64,000 nucleotides of DNA from Bacteroidales bacterium (lineage in GTDB: Bacteria; Bacteroidota; Bacteroidia; Bacteroidales; UBA1715): the NCBI GenBank assembly GCA_045615765.1, contig JAZLFM010000028.1:7728-71727 (forward strand), written 5' to 3'. A program made the translations under genes and the position numbers. Shown piece after piece: positions 17,582 to 25,652 of this stretch. Each line of letters starts with the position of its first letter. Position 1 is the stretch's first letter. A model generated the notes under the pieces. The model was not told the origin of the DNA, ran no database searches, and was given only the letters and a program-made list of their open reading frames with translations.

Positions 17582-17620
17582 CAAAGATTCAAAACAAAGT
17601 ACGCACTCTTTGTGCGCAGT
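17582..17620 (-). promoter_or_regulatory. Promoter of the tRNA-rtcB operon with putative WYL operator
   Basis: Minus strand TGCGCA-N7-TGCGTA, then 10 nt, then a degenerate -7 box AATCTTTG; lies between the operon and the divergent WYL gene. Confidence 0.6.
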
Positions 17621-17710
17621 ATTAAAAATTTTTCATATTTTTGAAAAATTAAATTACAACTCACTGAATATCAATAAGAAAAATATCATTAATCACTAAT
17701 CACTGCCTCC

Positions 17711-18727
17711 ATGCCTATAAACAGAAACGCTCTCATTCGATATAAAACAATAGACAATTGCCTACAAAATCGTTTTAGAAAATGGACTTTAGAAGATTTG
17801 ATTGAAGCCTGTTCTGACGCACTCTATGAATACGAAGGAATAGACAAGGGTATCAGCAAACGCCAAGTTCAGAAAGACATACAAATAATGCGTAGCGAAA
17901 AATTAGGATACAATGCACCTATTATAGTTGTAGAAAATAAATACTATACTTATGAAGATCCAAATTTCAGCATAACAAATACACCGTTGAACGAACAGGA
18001 CATACAACAAATGAATAATGCCGTTTCCGTACTAAAGCAACTAAGTGGATTTTCTCAATTTGGTGATATTGAAGAAATTGTAAACCGACTGGACGACCAT
18101 ATTACAGCAATGCAACACAAGAAAAAAGCAGTCATATTTTTTGAAAAAAACGACAAGCTAAAAGGACTGAATTATATTGACACTGCCTACAGAGCAATAA
18201 CCGAAAAGCATCCATTGCGAATAGAATATCAATCTTTTAAGGCGACACATGCTTCTACATTCCTGTTCTCGCCGTATGTACTTAAAGAATACCGAAACCG
18301 GTGGTTTATTTTTGGTGAGCGCGAAGGAAAACGAGAAATCCTGAATCTTGCTCTTGACCGAATCAAAACCATGGAAATTGCACCCGATGCAGTTTATTGT
18401 GAAAACATACATTTCGACGGCGAAACATATTTTAGCAACATGATAGGTGTTACCAAACTACCGCGACAGAAATCAGAAGCAATTCGTTTTTATGCCACAC
18501 CCGAACAAACACCATACATAAAAACGAAACCGATACATAAGTCCCAACAAACAGTACAAGACAACGAAGACGGTTCTGCTATTTTCGAAATAACGGTTAT
18601 AATCAACTTAGAATTAAAACGAGAATTTCTGGGCTTTGGCGAAGGTATAACTATTCTTTCACCGCAATATTTTGTTGAAGATATTAGGAAAAATCTTACG
18701 AAAGCGTTGGAGAAGTATAACAGGTAA
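17711..18727 (+). CDS. HTH-WYL-WCX transcriptional regulator
   Basis: MPINRNALIRYKTIDNCL N-terminal wHTH, SPYVLKEYRNRWFIFG, LALDRI, TKPIHKSQ motifs. Confidence 0.92.
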   Translation: MPINRNALIRYKTIDNCLQNRFRKWTLEDLIEACSDALYEYEGIDKGISKRQVQKDIQIMRSEKLGYNAPIIVVENKYYTYEDPNFSITNTPLNEQDIQQMNNAVSVLKQLSGFSQFGDIEEIVNRLDDHITAMQHKKKAVIFFEKNDKLKGLNYIDTAYRAITEKHPLRIEYQSFKATHASTFLFSPYVLKEYRNRWFIFGEREGKREILNLALDRIKTMEIAPDAVYCENIHFDGETYFSNMIGVTKLPRQKSEAIRFYATPEQTPYIKTKPIHKSQQTVQDNEDGSAIFEITVIINLELKREFLGFGEGITILSPQYFVEDIRKNLTKALEKYNR

Positions 18728-18735
18728 AACATGCT

Positions 18736-18784
18736 TATAAATTTCCGCAAACGACATAAAACTATCGTTTGCGGAAAAATATAA
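18736..18784. repeat. 49-bp internally palindromic direct repeat, copy 1
   Basis: TATAAATTTCCGCAAAC...GTTTGCGGAAAAATATAA; 46/49 identical to 20345-20393. Confidence 0.85.
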
Positions 18785-18811
18785 CAATACTTATTCACAC
18801 ATAACTCATTA

Positions 18812-20212
18812 CTAATCAAATAAATCGTTAAGCGTAACTACTGAATCAAAAGCACCTGAATATTCGTTGTATTGAAGGCCAAAAGTTGTAACTAACACCG
18901 ATTGAATAGCGCAACGTTTTGGAATTTTCGGTCCTAATAAATTCTTTCGTTGCTGAATTTTTGCGTGATACGATTTTGTACAGACATATTCTTCGCTATA
19001 GAATTTCATCTCACATAGATTCACTATGTTATCCTTTCGCTGAATCAACAAATCTATTTGAGAACCTTCATGGTCATCATCGCCACGCAACGACCAAGCT
19101 GATTGATTCGACGATACTGCTAAAATATTAAGTGCTTTTTTTATCTGCGAAATATGACGCAAACAAACTTCTTCAAAAGCATATCCACGCCAACTAATTA
19201 TTGATTGATTTTCGATATTATGCAACCAAAAATTTTGCTCCAAATCCTTTTTCCCTTGTACATATTTCATGTAAAACAAACAAAAAGGGTCTACCAACTT
19301 ATAGTGAATCTGATGTTTTCCTTTACCAAATGGTATATACTGTTGAATAAAATCGCTTGCAATCAATGCATTCAACATTTTTGAAAAATTTCCGCTTCCT
19401 TCAAGTTGAAGGTTATTCAAGATTTCTTGCCGTGTATAACCCGCTCGTCTCGTTCCCAAAAATTCAACAATACGTTTCATTTCTTCTGGATTCACGAAAA
19501 TCGAAGAAAACAAGCGATTGTATTCATCATGCAATTGAGCTTTTTCAGAAAAGAACAGTTGATTTATATTTTGGGCCAAACTCAAACCTGGCTTCATATA
19601 TCCAAGATAATATGGAATTCCACCTAAAATCATATTGCTTTGAACAATGTCGTAACGTGATATTTTCACATTCCGACTTTTGTAGAATTTTTCACATTCG
19701 GCAAGAGTAAACGGTTTCAGCTTCACTTCATAGGTAGTCCTTCCATATAAACCTCCATGATTGTTCACCAAATTATCTAACATCCATGAATTAGCACTTC
19801 CACAAACAACCAAGAGCATATCTTTACGATGGCAAGCCCATGTTTTCCAAAACCCTTCAAAAGCAGTCATAAATCCAGAACGAGGAGTATCAAGCCACGG
19901 CAATTCATCTAAAAAAACCACTTGTTTTTTATGTCCACTTCGACTTTCGAGCAATTGCTCTAACATAAAAAAAGCTTCGAGCCACGATGTTGGGCAATGG
20001 CTTTTTTTCATACCATGCAATTGCAACGAATAATAGAAATGTTTCAGTTGTTGTTTGAGATTATTTTTATTGTTTTCTTTATCGATAGGAGACAAACCAG
20101 CATGACGAAATGTTATTTTATCACGAAACACTTCATCAATCAAATATGTTTTTCCAACACGACGACGCCCATACACAGCAACGAATTCTGCTTTCTTGCT
20201 GTTATACAACAT
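18812..20212 (-). CDS. AAA/archaeal-type ATPase with wHTH and C-terminal PD-(D/E)XK-like domain (DUF234-type)
   Basis: YGRRRVGKT, VFLDELPW, CGSA, QIDLLI...CEMKF; an upstream in-frame start at 20257 is interrupted by TGA. Confidence 0.88.
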   Translation of the reverse strand: MLYNSKKAEFVAVYGRRRVGKTYLIDEVFRDKITFRHAGLSPIDKENNKNNLKQQLKHFYYSLQLHGMKKSHCPTSWLEAFFMLEQLLESRSGHKKQVVFLDELPWLDTPRSGFMTAFEGFWKTWACHRKDMLLVVCGSANSWMLDNLVNNHGGLYGRTTYEVKLKPFTLAECEKFYKSRNVKISRYDIVQSNMILGGIPYYLGYMKPGLSLAQNINQLFFSEKAQLHDEYNRLFSSIFVNPEEMKRIVEFLGTRRAGYTRQEILNNLQLEGSGNFSKMLNALIASDFIQQYIPFGKGKHQIHYKLVDPFCLFYMKYVQGKKDLEQNFWLHNIENQSIISWRGYAFEEVCLRHISQIKKALNILAVSSNQSAWSLRGDDDHEGSQIDLLIQRKDNIVNLCEMKFYSEEYVCTKSYHAKIQQRKNLLGPKIPKRCAIQSVLVTTFGLQYNEYSGAFDSVVTLNDLFD

Positions 20213-20344
20213 TTTAAGTTCTTCTTTCTCCTTGTCTCAACCAACAATTTCGCACATAAAAACCTTCTTATAATTTTCCACAAATATATAAAAATATCAA
20301 TTTACGGAAAAATATAACACTATTTTATCATACAAAAACCATCG

Positions 20345-20393
20345 TATAAATTTCCGCAAACAATATAAAACCATCGTTTGCGGAAAAATATAA
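20345..20393. repeat. 49-bp internally palindromic direct repeat, copy 2 (a degenerate third copy lies at ~20272-20317)
   Basis: TATAAATTTCCGCAAACAATATAAAACCATCGTTTGCGGAAAAATATAA. Confidence 0.85.
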
Positions 20394-20446
20394 TGGTATT
20401 TTATTGAATTATAAAAATAAGGAAATATAGCATAACGACAATCCCA

Positions 20447-20676
20447 TACTTTTCTTTCTGCAGCGAAAGAAAAGTATGCAAAAGAACGCCGTCGACCCAC
20501 GCCTTCGCTAAAAAACGACTGCATTCCGCTAAAGGATTTGGAATGCCGCATGGTTAGATTTCCCAATGACATTGCCGGAGGCATCAAATCCTTTTTAACG
20601 CTTCATTCCGTCGTTTTTCTTAACACTCATTCGTGAAGTCGAGATCTTTCTTGACCTGCAGCAAGAAAGAACAAGA
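20447..20676. repeat. Structured non-coding element (MITE-like or ncRNA)
   Basis: Terminal hairpins TACTTTTCTTTC..GAAAGAAAAGTA and TCTTTCTTG..CAAGAAAGA enclose nested arms AAAAACGAC/GTCGTTTTT and AAAGGATTTG/CAAATCCTTT. Confidence 0.55.
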
Positions 20677-20780
20677 ACACACATCATAATTATAACGAAC
20701 AAATGTGTAATAAGGTATACAGCCAAGATGTATATCATTTCAAAAAATAAAAATTTGCGGTTTATTATCCGCTTGAATGA

Positions 20781-20812
20781 AAAAAAGGGAAAAGTCTCAA
20801 TGACTTTCCCCT
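20781..20812. terminator. Intrinsic terminator-like hairpin
   Basis: AAAAAAGGGAAAAGTC-TCAAT-GACTTTCCC. Confidence 0.55.
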
Positions 20813-21066
20813 AAAATGTGAACTATGATTTTTCTAAAGGTAAGACTATCATGAGCTTCTTCTTGACATCTTGCTCTTCGTTATATTTACTATATAGAAT
20901 CATATTTTTTATTTATTCTACAAATACAAACGAGATACTGGATTCTTTATTGTTCGTTTATTCTTATATGATTCATATTGGGAACAATAAACCCACAGAC
21001 AATCGGCATTTCTGCTGAAAATCAGTGGGTCTATTTGTTTAATTGTCAATCTTGATAAGAAGAAAA

Positions 21067-22257
21067 CTATTTGATTCCCATAAAATCACTAAGCAGTTTT
21101 ATTTTTGCTATGTAAGTATTAACAGACTCTTTGAGATTCGGTAGCTGCTTGAAAGGTATAGGTTTTGTATTATCAAAATGCAATACAATATAATAAGGTG
21201 CATGTGATGGTTCAAAACCATATTTTTCCAGAGTCTCTTTTGTCCAGATATTAAAATGTCCCTTAGATTTCAATTTGTATAATTGACAATCTTCTCCATT
21301 GGTATGAAGAAGAACGTATGACAATCTTTCGAAACCGGGTGTGATACAGAGTGAGCCTTTGGAATCACCTGCTCTCAAATAGCAGATACCGGTTTCTATC
21401 ATTTTTTCTTTTAACCCTTTGCGACAATGGTTAATCATGACAGTTAATTCTTCATGATTTTCAGACATTTTCTTCAGGATCTTTTCTGCTGTAAGAGGAT
21501 CTTCTATCTCTTGCTTGCGACGAATACCATACGCTAAATAGTCAATACTTTGATCAATACCAATAAATTTACGGTTCAAAAGTGATGCTGCTATTCCTGT
21601 AGTACAACTTCCTGCAAAAGGATCAAGAATGGTATCTCCTTCTTTTGTTGATGATAGAATTATTCTATAAAGCAACCTTAGTGGTTTTTGCGTAGGGTGT
21701 TTTCCACATTTCAATTCCCATGATGAAAGGAATGGAATTCGCCAAACATCCGACATTCGGTTTCCTCCATTTAGTTGCTGCATCAAATCACAGTTGAAGA
21801 AATGTTTTCCCTTCTCATTCTTACGAGCCCAAACTATATATTCAGTTGTAAAATTAAAATAGTTTCTTGAAAGAGTAGGTTTTGCATCAGACTTTTGCCA
21901 TACGATTATATTTAGAATCTTGTAGCCAAGTTCTACCATACAAGTTGCAACGGAGAAAATGTTATGATATGTTCCCGTAACAAATATGGTTCCGTCTTCT
22001 TTAAGTACATTTCGACATGCAGATAACCATTTCTTGTTAAAGGTATTTATATTTTCTTGGGAAGTAACTCTGTCCCATTTTCCTTTTTCAAACGATTTCC
22101 AAGTGCCGTTTATACAGGCTGATATATTTTTAGACAGGAAATAAGGAGGGTCTGCAAATATCATATCAACTTTTTTGTTGATAGAACTAACAAGTTCCAT
22201 CGTATCTCCGTGATACAATGTAAACTCTTCATTTCCTGTCTGATATAAAGGCGCCAT
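21067..22257 (-). CDS. Beta-class N6/N4 DNA methyltransferase (DpnA-like) with C-terminal extension
   Basis: FADPPY before HPTQKP and LDPFAGSCTTG. Confidence 0.9.
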   Translation of the reverse strand: MAPLYQTGNEEFTLYHGDTMELVSSINKKVDMIFADPPYFLSKNISACINGTWKSFEKGKWDRVTSQENINTFNKKWLSACRNVLKEDGTIFVTGTYHNIFSVATCMVELGYKILNIIVWQKSDAKPTLSRNYFNFTTEYIVWARKNEKGKHFFNCDLMQQLNGGNRMSDVWRIPFLSSWELKCGKHPTQKPLRLLYRIILSSTKEGDTILDPFAGSCTTGIAASLLNRKFIGIDQSIDYLAYGIRRKQEIEDPLTAEKILKKMSENHEELTVMINHCRKGLKEKMIETGICYLRAGDSKGSLCITPGFERLSYVLLHTNGEDCQLYKLKSKGHFNIWTKETLEKYGFEPSHAPYYIVLHFDNTKPIPFKQLPNLKESVNTYIAKIKLLSDFMGIK

Positions 22258-22258
22258 A

Positions 22259-23188
22259 TTATGCAAATTCAAGTGCTAGTTCAAGTTGTTGCTCGACATG
22301 TACTTCTTCTTGCTGAACTGCAGGTTCATGTAAATCAAAGTTGAAAACAAGGGCTTCTATCATTGCATGACGATTTTCTATATGACCACCACCATGATAG
22401 AAGTGCTCCTGCGTTTCAACATTAAAGTGATTCCAGAACTTATCCATCATTTCATTAGCTCTAAACTCATTATGATGCCAAGTAGAAAGAATGAAATGAG
22501 CAGGAGTTTGCTCTAATGCATGGAAAAGAGCTTCTTCATCTTCTTCTGTCCATCCGTTATAATAATCTACATATCGACCAAAATAAGGAGGATCACAATA
22601 TATCAAGTCTCCTGCTTGTGCATGGTTAATAGTTTCAATGAAATTTTGATTATGAAACTCCCAATGATTCTGATGAATTACTCTTTGTGCAGAAGCTATT
22701 TGATTACATATCTTTGTTACATAAGCTGGGGCAAAACGTTCTGGTTTTTTACAGAATGGTATATTCCACTGTCCTCGTCTGTTAAAACGCATCATGCCGT
22801 TAAAACCTGCACGAGATAGGAATATGAAGTCAAATGAACTATGCTCTGCATTAAACCTGTCTTTGACAGCTCGGTAATGAGCATAGCCTTCTTCATCTGC
22901 TACAGCTAACAATGCACCCTCATGCTCGAGATATTCGCGCATATTCTGAGGCGTTATTTCTCCATTAAGAACACCATTGTAAAAATTTATAATATGTGGA
23001 TTACTATCTGCAATGTATCTGTTACCGCCAACAGGTGCATTAAGACCAACAACACCTGTACCAAAGAAAGGCTCAATCCAGTTTGTGTTTTCAAGATCTA
23101 ACCCTGAACGGCGAATAACGTCATTTATCCAAGGTACAAGTTTGGTTTTAATACCTTGTGATTTAATTGGAGGTACTATTACGGGCAT
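22259..23188 (-). CDS. Dam/D12-family N6-adenine methyltransferase, M.EcoRV-like
   Basis: VPPIKSQGIKTKLVP N-terminus as in M.EcoRV, EPFFGTG, FNGMMRFN, YCDPPY. Confidence 0.92.
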   Translation of the reverse strand: MPVIVPPIKSQGIKTKLVPWINDVIRRSGLDLENTNWIEPFFGTGVVGLNAPVGGNRYIADSNPHIINFYNGVLNGEITPQNMREYLEHEGALLAVADEEGYAHYRAVKDRFNAEHSSFDFIFLSRAGFNGMMRFNRRGQWNIPFCKKPERFAPAYVTKICNQIASAQRVIHQNHWEFHNQNFIETINHAQAGDLIYCDPPYFGRYVDYYNGWTEEDEEALFHALEQTPAHFILSTWHHNEFRANEMMDKFWNHFNVETQEHFYHGGGHIENRHAMIEALVFNFDLHEPAVQQEEVHVEQQLELALEFA

Positions 23189-23206
23189 ATCAAATAGTTT
23201 TGTTAT

Positions 23207-24157
23207 CTAATCATTATAATACTTAGGTTTTCTTCTAGCCCCTTCGCCAACCTTTGAGAAATCTTCTTTACGATTTCTATAAGCGAGGTAGTCCCAAATA
23301 TTGGTTATATTTTTCTCGTTTCCATCAGGATCCTTGAAGGATATGGAATCATAATTTTTCCAATAATCATCAAATATGTCCTCACCTAACTGATAAAATA
23401 CTCCATTTTCTTTAACAAGATTATCTTCTGTTTTAGTCGAGCCTATGTTTGCTGTATTACCACTGCCTTGACCATCACTAGCAATTTTCCACTTCTCTAC
23501 GAAATAGAATTTCATATCTTTGATTACGGAATTTATATCAGTAAGAGTATCTTTAAACACAATAGTTCTTGCTGTGTTATCTTTTAATTTCGACTCTCCT
23601 AATTCTTTCACCTTAAATGTCTTCATCTCATCGAAATCATTTGCATCTTCTTCGGTTTCGATAGCTTGGGTGTAAACTATTGCAAGACAGAAATGCCCCT
23701 TGTATTGATTATAAGGGTATTGAATATTTTTAGAAAGGTCTCTATCCTTGAAATAACTGCCATGGCTTCCTAATGTAAATCCAACTTGGGAAGTCTTACC
23801 TGATTTAGTCTCTTTATATCTGCGAAAGGTCGTCTTGATATCTACTGCGAATTTTATTGAATTATCATCAAGTTTCGTATAAGTAAGATCTGGATAGTAG
23901 TTCTGACTATCAGGAATTTCAATTTTGTACCCCATCTTCGTCGCAAATTCATTTAGGATTGGAAAAAGATGAATTTCGAGTATTTTAGATACTACTTTTG
24001 TGTCAGATGATATAGTGTATAGATTTCTGTAAACATCTAGAAAACCTTTAATTGTCCATTGCATATCATCAGTTGCTACTGACTTACACAATGAATCAAG
24101 AGTTTTACGAAACCCTACTACGAAATCATTCTTTATTTTTTGAATGTCTATTGCCAT
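23207..24157 (-). CDS. EcoRV-family type II restriction endonuclease (subunit B)
   Basis: DTKVVSKILE, QNYYPDLT, AVDIKTT, FTLG, KWKIA, GSGNTANIGS recognition loop. Confidence 0.88.
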   Translation of the reverse strand: MAIDIQKIKNDFVVGFRKTLDSLCKSVATDDMQWTIKGFLDVYRNLYTISSDTKVVSKILEIHLFPILNEFATKMGYKIEIPDSQNYYPDLTYTKLDDNSIKFAVDIKTTFRRYKETKSGKTSQVGFTLGSHGSYFKDRDLSKNIQYPYNQYKGHFCLAIVYTQAIETEEDANDFDEMKTFKVKELGESKLKDNTARTIVFKDTLTDINSVIKDMKFYFVEKWKIASDGQGSGNTANIGSTKTEDNLVKENGVFYQLGEDIFDDYWKNYDSISFKDPDGNEKNITNIWDYLAYRNRKEDFSKVGEGARRKPKYYND

Positions 24158-24160
24158 AGT

Positions 24161-24958
24161 TTATAAAAGTTTAAGCAGGCCTTGCTGTTGTTGTAGATGT
24201 TGCTTATAAGTCTTCAAATTATTATATCTCGGAGTACCAATTCCTGCGGTACGGGCATCTGCTTTGTTGAAATAACCTTTCCAATAATCATCAAAGACTT
24301 CTTCGCCCAATTCTGCAAAAGGGCCCTGACCATTAAGTAATTTTTGGATATTGGTAATTCCTCCTATATTTCTAGTGTTACCACTACCTGGAATATCGTT
24401 TGCTATCTTCCATTTAGGCTGCACAAAGAAAATAAACTTTTCAATAACCGAATGAATTGCAGACAGTTCATCTATAGAATAAACATCTTTCTCATTTGCA
24501 TCTATGATACTTTGCTTATAAAGCATACCCAATACTGTATGTGAACTATAAGAATTGTAGGTATGATCCATGCTTTTGATAGTATCTCTTTCTCTGAAAT
24601 ATCCCCAATAAGAGCCAAGGGTGAGTCCATTTACAGAATCGCCATCATAATAACTTGACTTGAAATCTACAGCAAACAAATGACCTTCTTTATCCTTGAA
24701 AGTCAAGTCCGGATAAAAGTTTTGTTTTGAAGGCAACTCTAATTCAAGTTCATGGTCTCGTGCAAACTTATCCAACTTGGGAATTAGAAGGATTTCAATA
24801 ATCTTTGATACAACCTTTGTGTCATTAGTAATGGTATAGACGTTTTTATCAATATCTATAAATCCTTTGACAATCCAGTCTTGACTATCAGTTTCCAAGA
24901 AGGATTTATATGTTTTAACTTCTTCTGTAAGCAAGTTGAAGAATTCTTCCTTTGTCAT
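24161..24958 (-). CDS. EcoRV-family type II restriction endonuclease (subunit A)
   Basis: DTKVVSKIIE, QNFYPDLT, AVDFKSS, LTLG, KWKIA, GSGNTRNIGG. Confidence 0.88.
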   Translation of the reverse strand: MTKEEFFNLLTEEVKTYKSFLETDSQDWIVKGFIDIDKNVYTITNDTKVVSKIIEILLIPKLDKFARDHELELELPSKQNFYPDLTFKDKEGHLFAVDFKSSYYDGDSVNGLTLGSYWGYFRERDTIKSMDHTYNSYSSHTVLGMLYKQSIIDANEKDVYSIDELSAIHSVIEKFIFFVQPKWKIANDIPGSGNTRNIGGITNIQKLLNGQGPFAELGEEVFDDYWKGYFNKADARTAGIGTPRYNNLKTYKQHLQQQQGLLKLL

Positions 24959-24970
24959 AAATTGATATTA

Positions 24971-25177
24971 TTATTTTAGTTCAGAAGGAGTAAGTAAATC
25001 GCGTTTATCTACTTCCAACAACTGAGCTATTTTTTCTAGCGTTTGAAGATCAGGCTGGGCGGCATTTGAGCACCAACGACTTGTAGTGGTAACACTCACT
25101 CCAAGTTGCTCTGCCAACCATTTTCCAGTTTTTCGCTGTTCAACGAGAACAACCTTTATTCTATTAAGTTCACTCAT
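24971..25177 (-). CDS. XRE-family HTH regulator (controller-like)
   Basis: LNRIKVVLVEQRKTGKWLAEQLG...SRWCSN-x-x-QP, first gene of the R-M operon. Confidence 0.9.
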   Translation of the reverse strand: MSELNRIKVVLVEQRKTGKWLAEQLGVSVTTTSRWCSNAAQPDLQTLEKIAQLLEVDKRDLLTPSELK

Positions 25178-25652
25178 TGTAAAATTATTTAAGTTCAATG
25201 CAAAGGTATTGACAATAATTGAAAAAACAAAGAATATTTGTATTATTTATCATTTTATCGTGTATTTTATGCTCTTTTGTACCTTAAATGTACCATTTTG
25301 TTATAAAATACTGAAATAAAGCCACAAATCCAATTCGCAAGGAACTTTAGTGTTTCAATCTCCCTCATATTGGCAGTACCATTGATGCTTTGAAGTGCAT
25401 TCTTCTATCTTAAAATATGTTTATATGTTTTATCTCAACAATCTCCCAAATGACAGAAAATGAAAATTTCGCATATTTTCCGTGTTAACAGATGTTAAGC
25501 AGATGTTTTCATTTTGGGGTTTTTGAAATTTTTGTTTCCAGTTTGTTTCTTTTAGTGTTTTTTGTTTTTTGGAAACACTGATATTCAATACATTACAATT
25601 TGAAAGCAGATTCTCAAGAAGAAGATCATAATATCATCCTCCACCCTTCCCC

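Larger units (their letters stand above)
20986..25610. mobile_element. Acquired restriction-modification island (boundaries approximate, no integrase seen)
   Basis: Co-oriented HTH-REase-REase-MTase-MTase block in long non-coding flanks; imperfect inverted repeat ACCCACAGA..TCAGTGGGT at the left and TGTTTCCA..TGGAAACA at the right. Confidence 0.4.

Noticed and set aside
18736-20393. CRISPR array
   Set aside because: Only two good copies 1.6 kb apart plus one degenerate copy; no regular spacers and no cas genes. The Cas4-like DUF2779 protein alone is not evidence.
20297-21018. Short ORFs 20297..20587 and 20818..21018
   Set aside because: They run across repeats and hairpins, have low-complexity composition and show no recognisable motifs.
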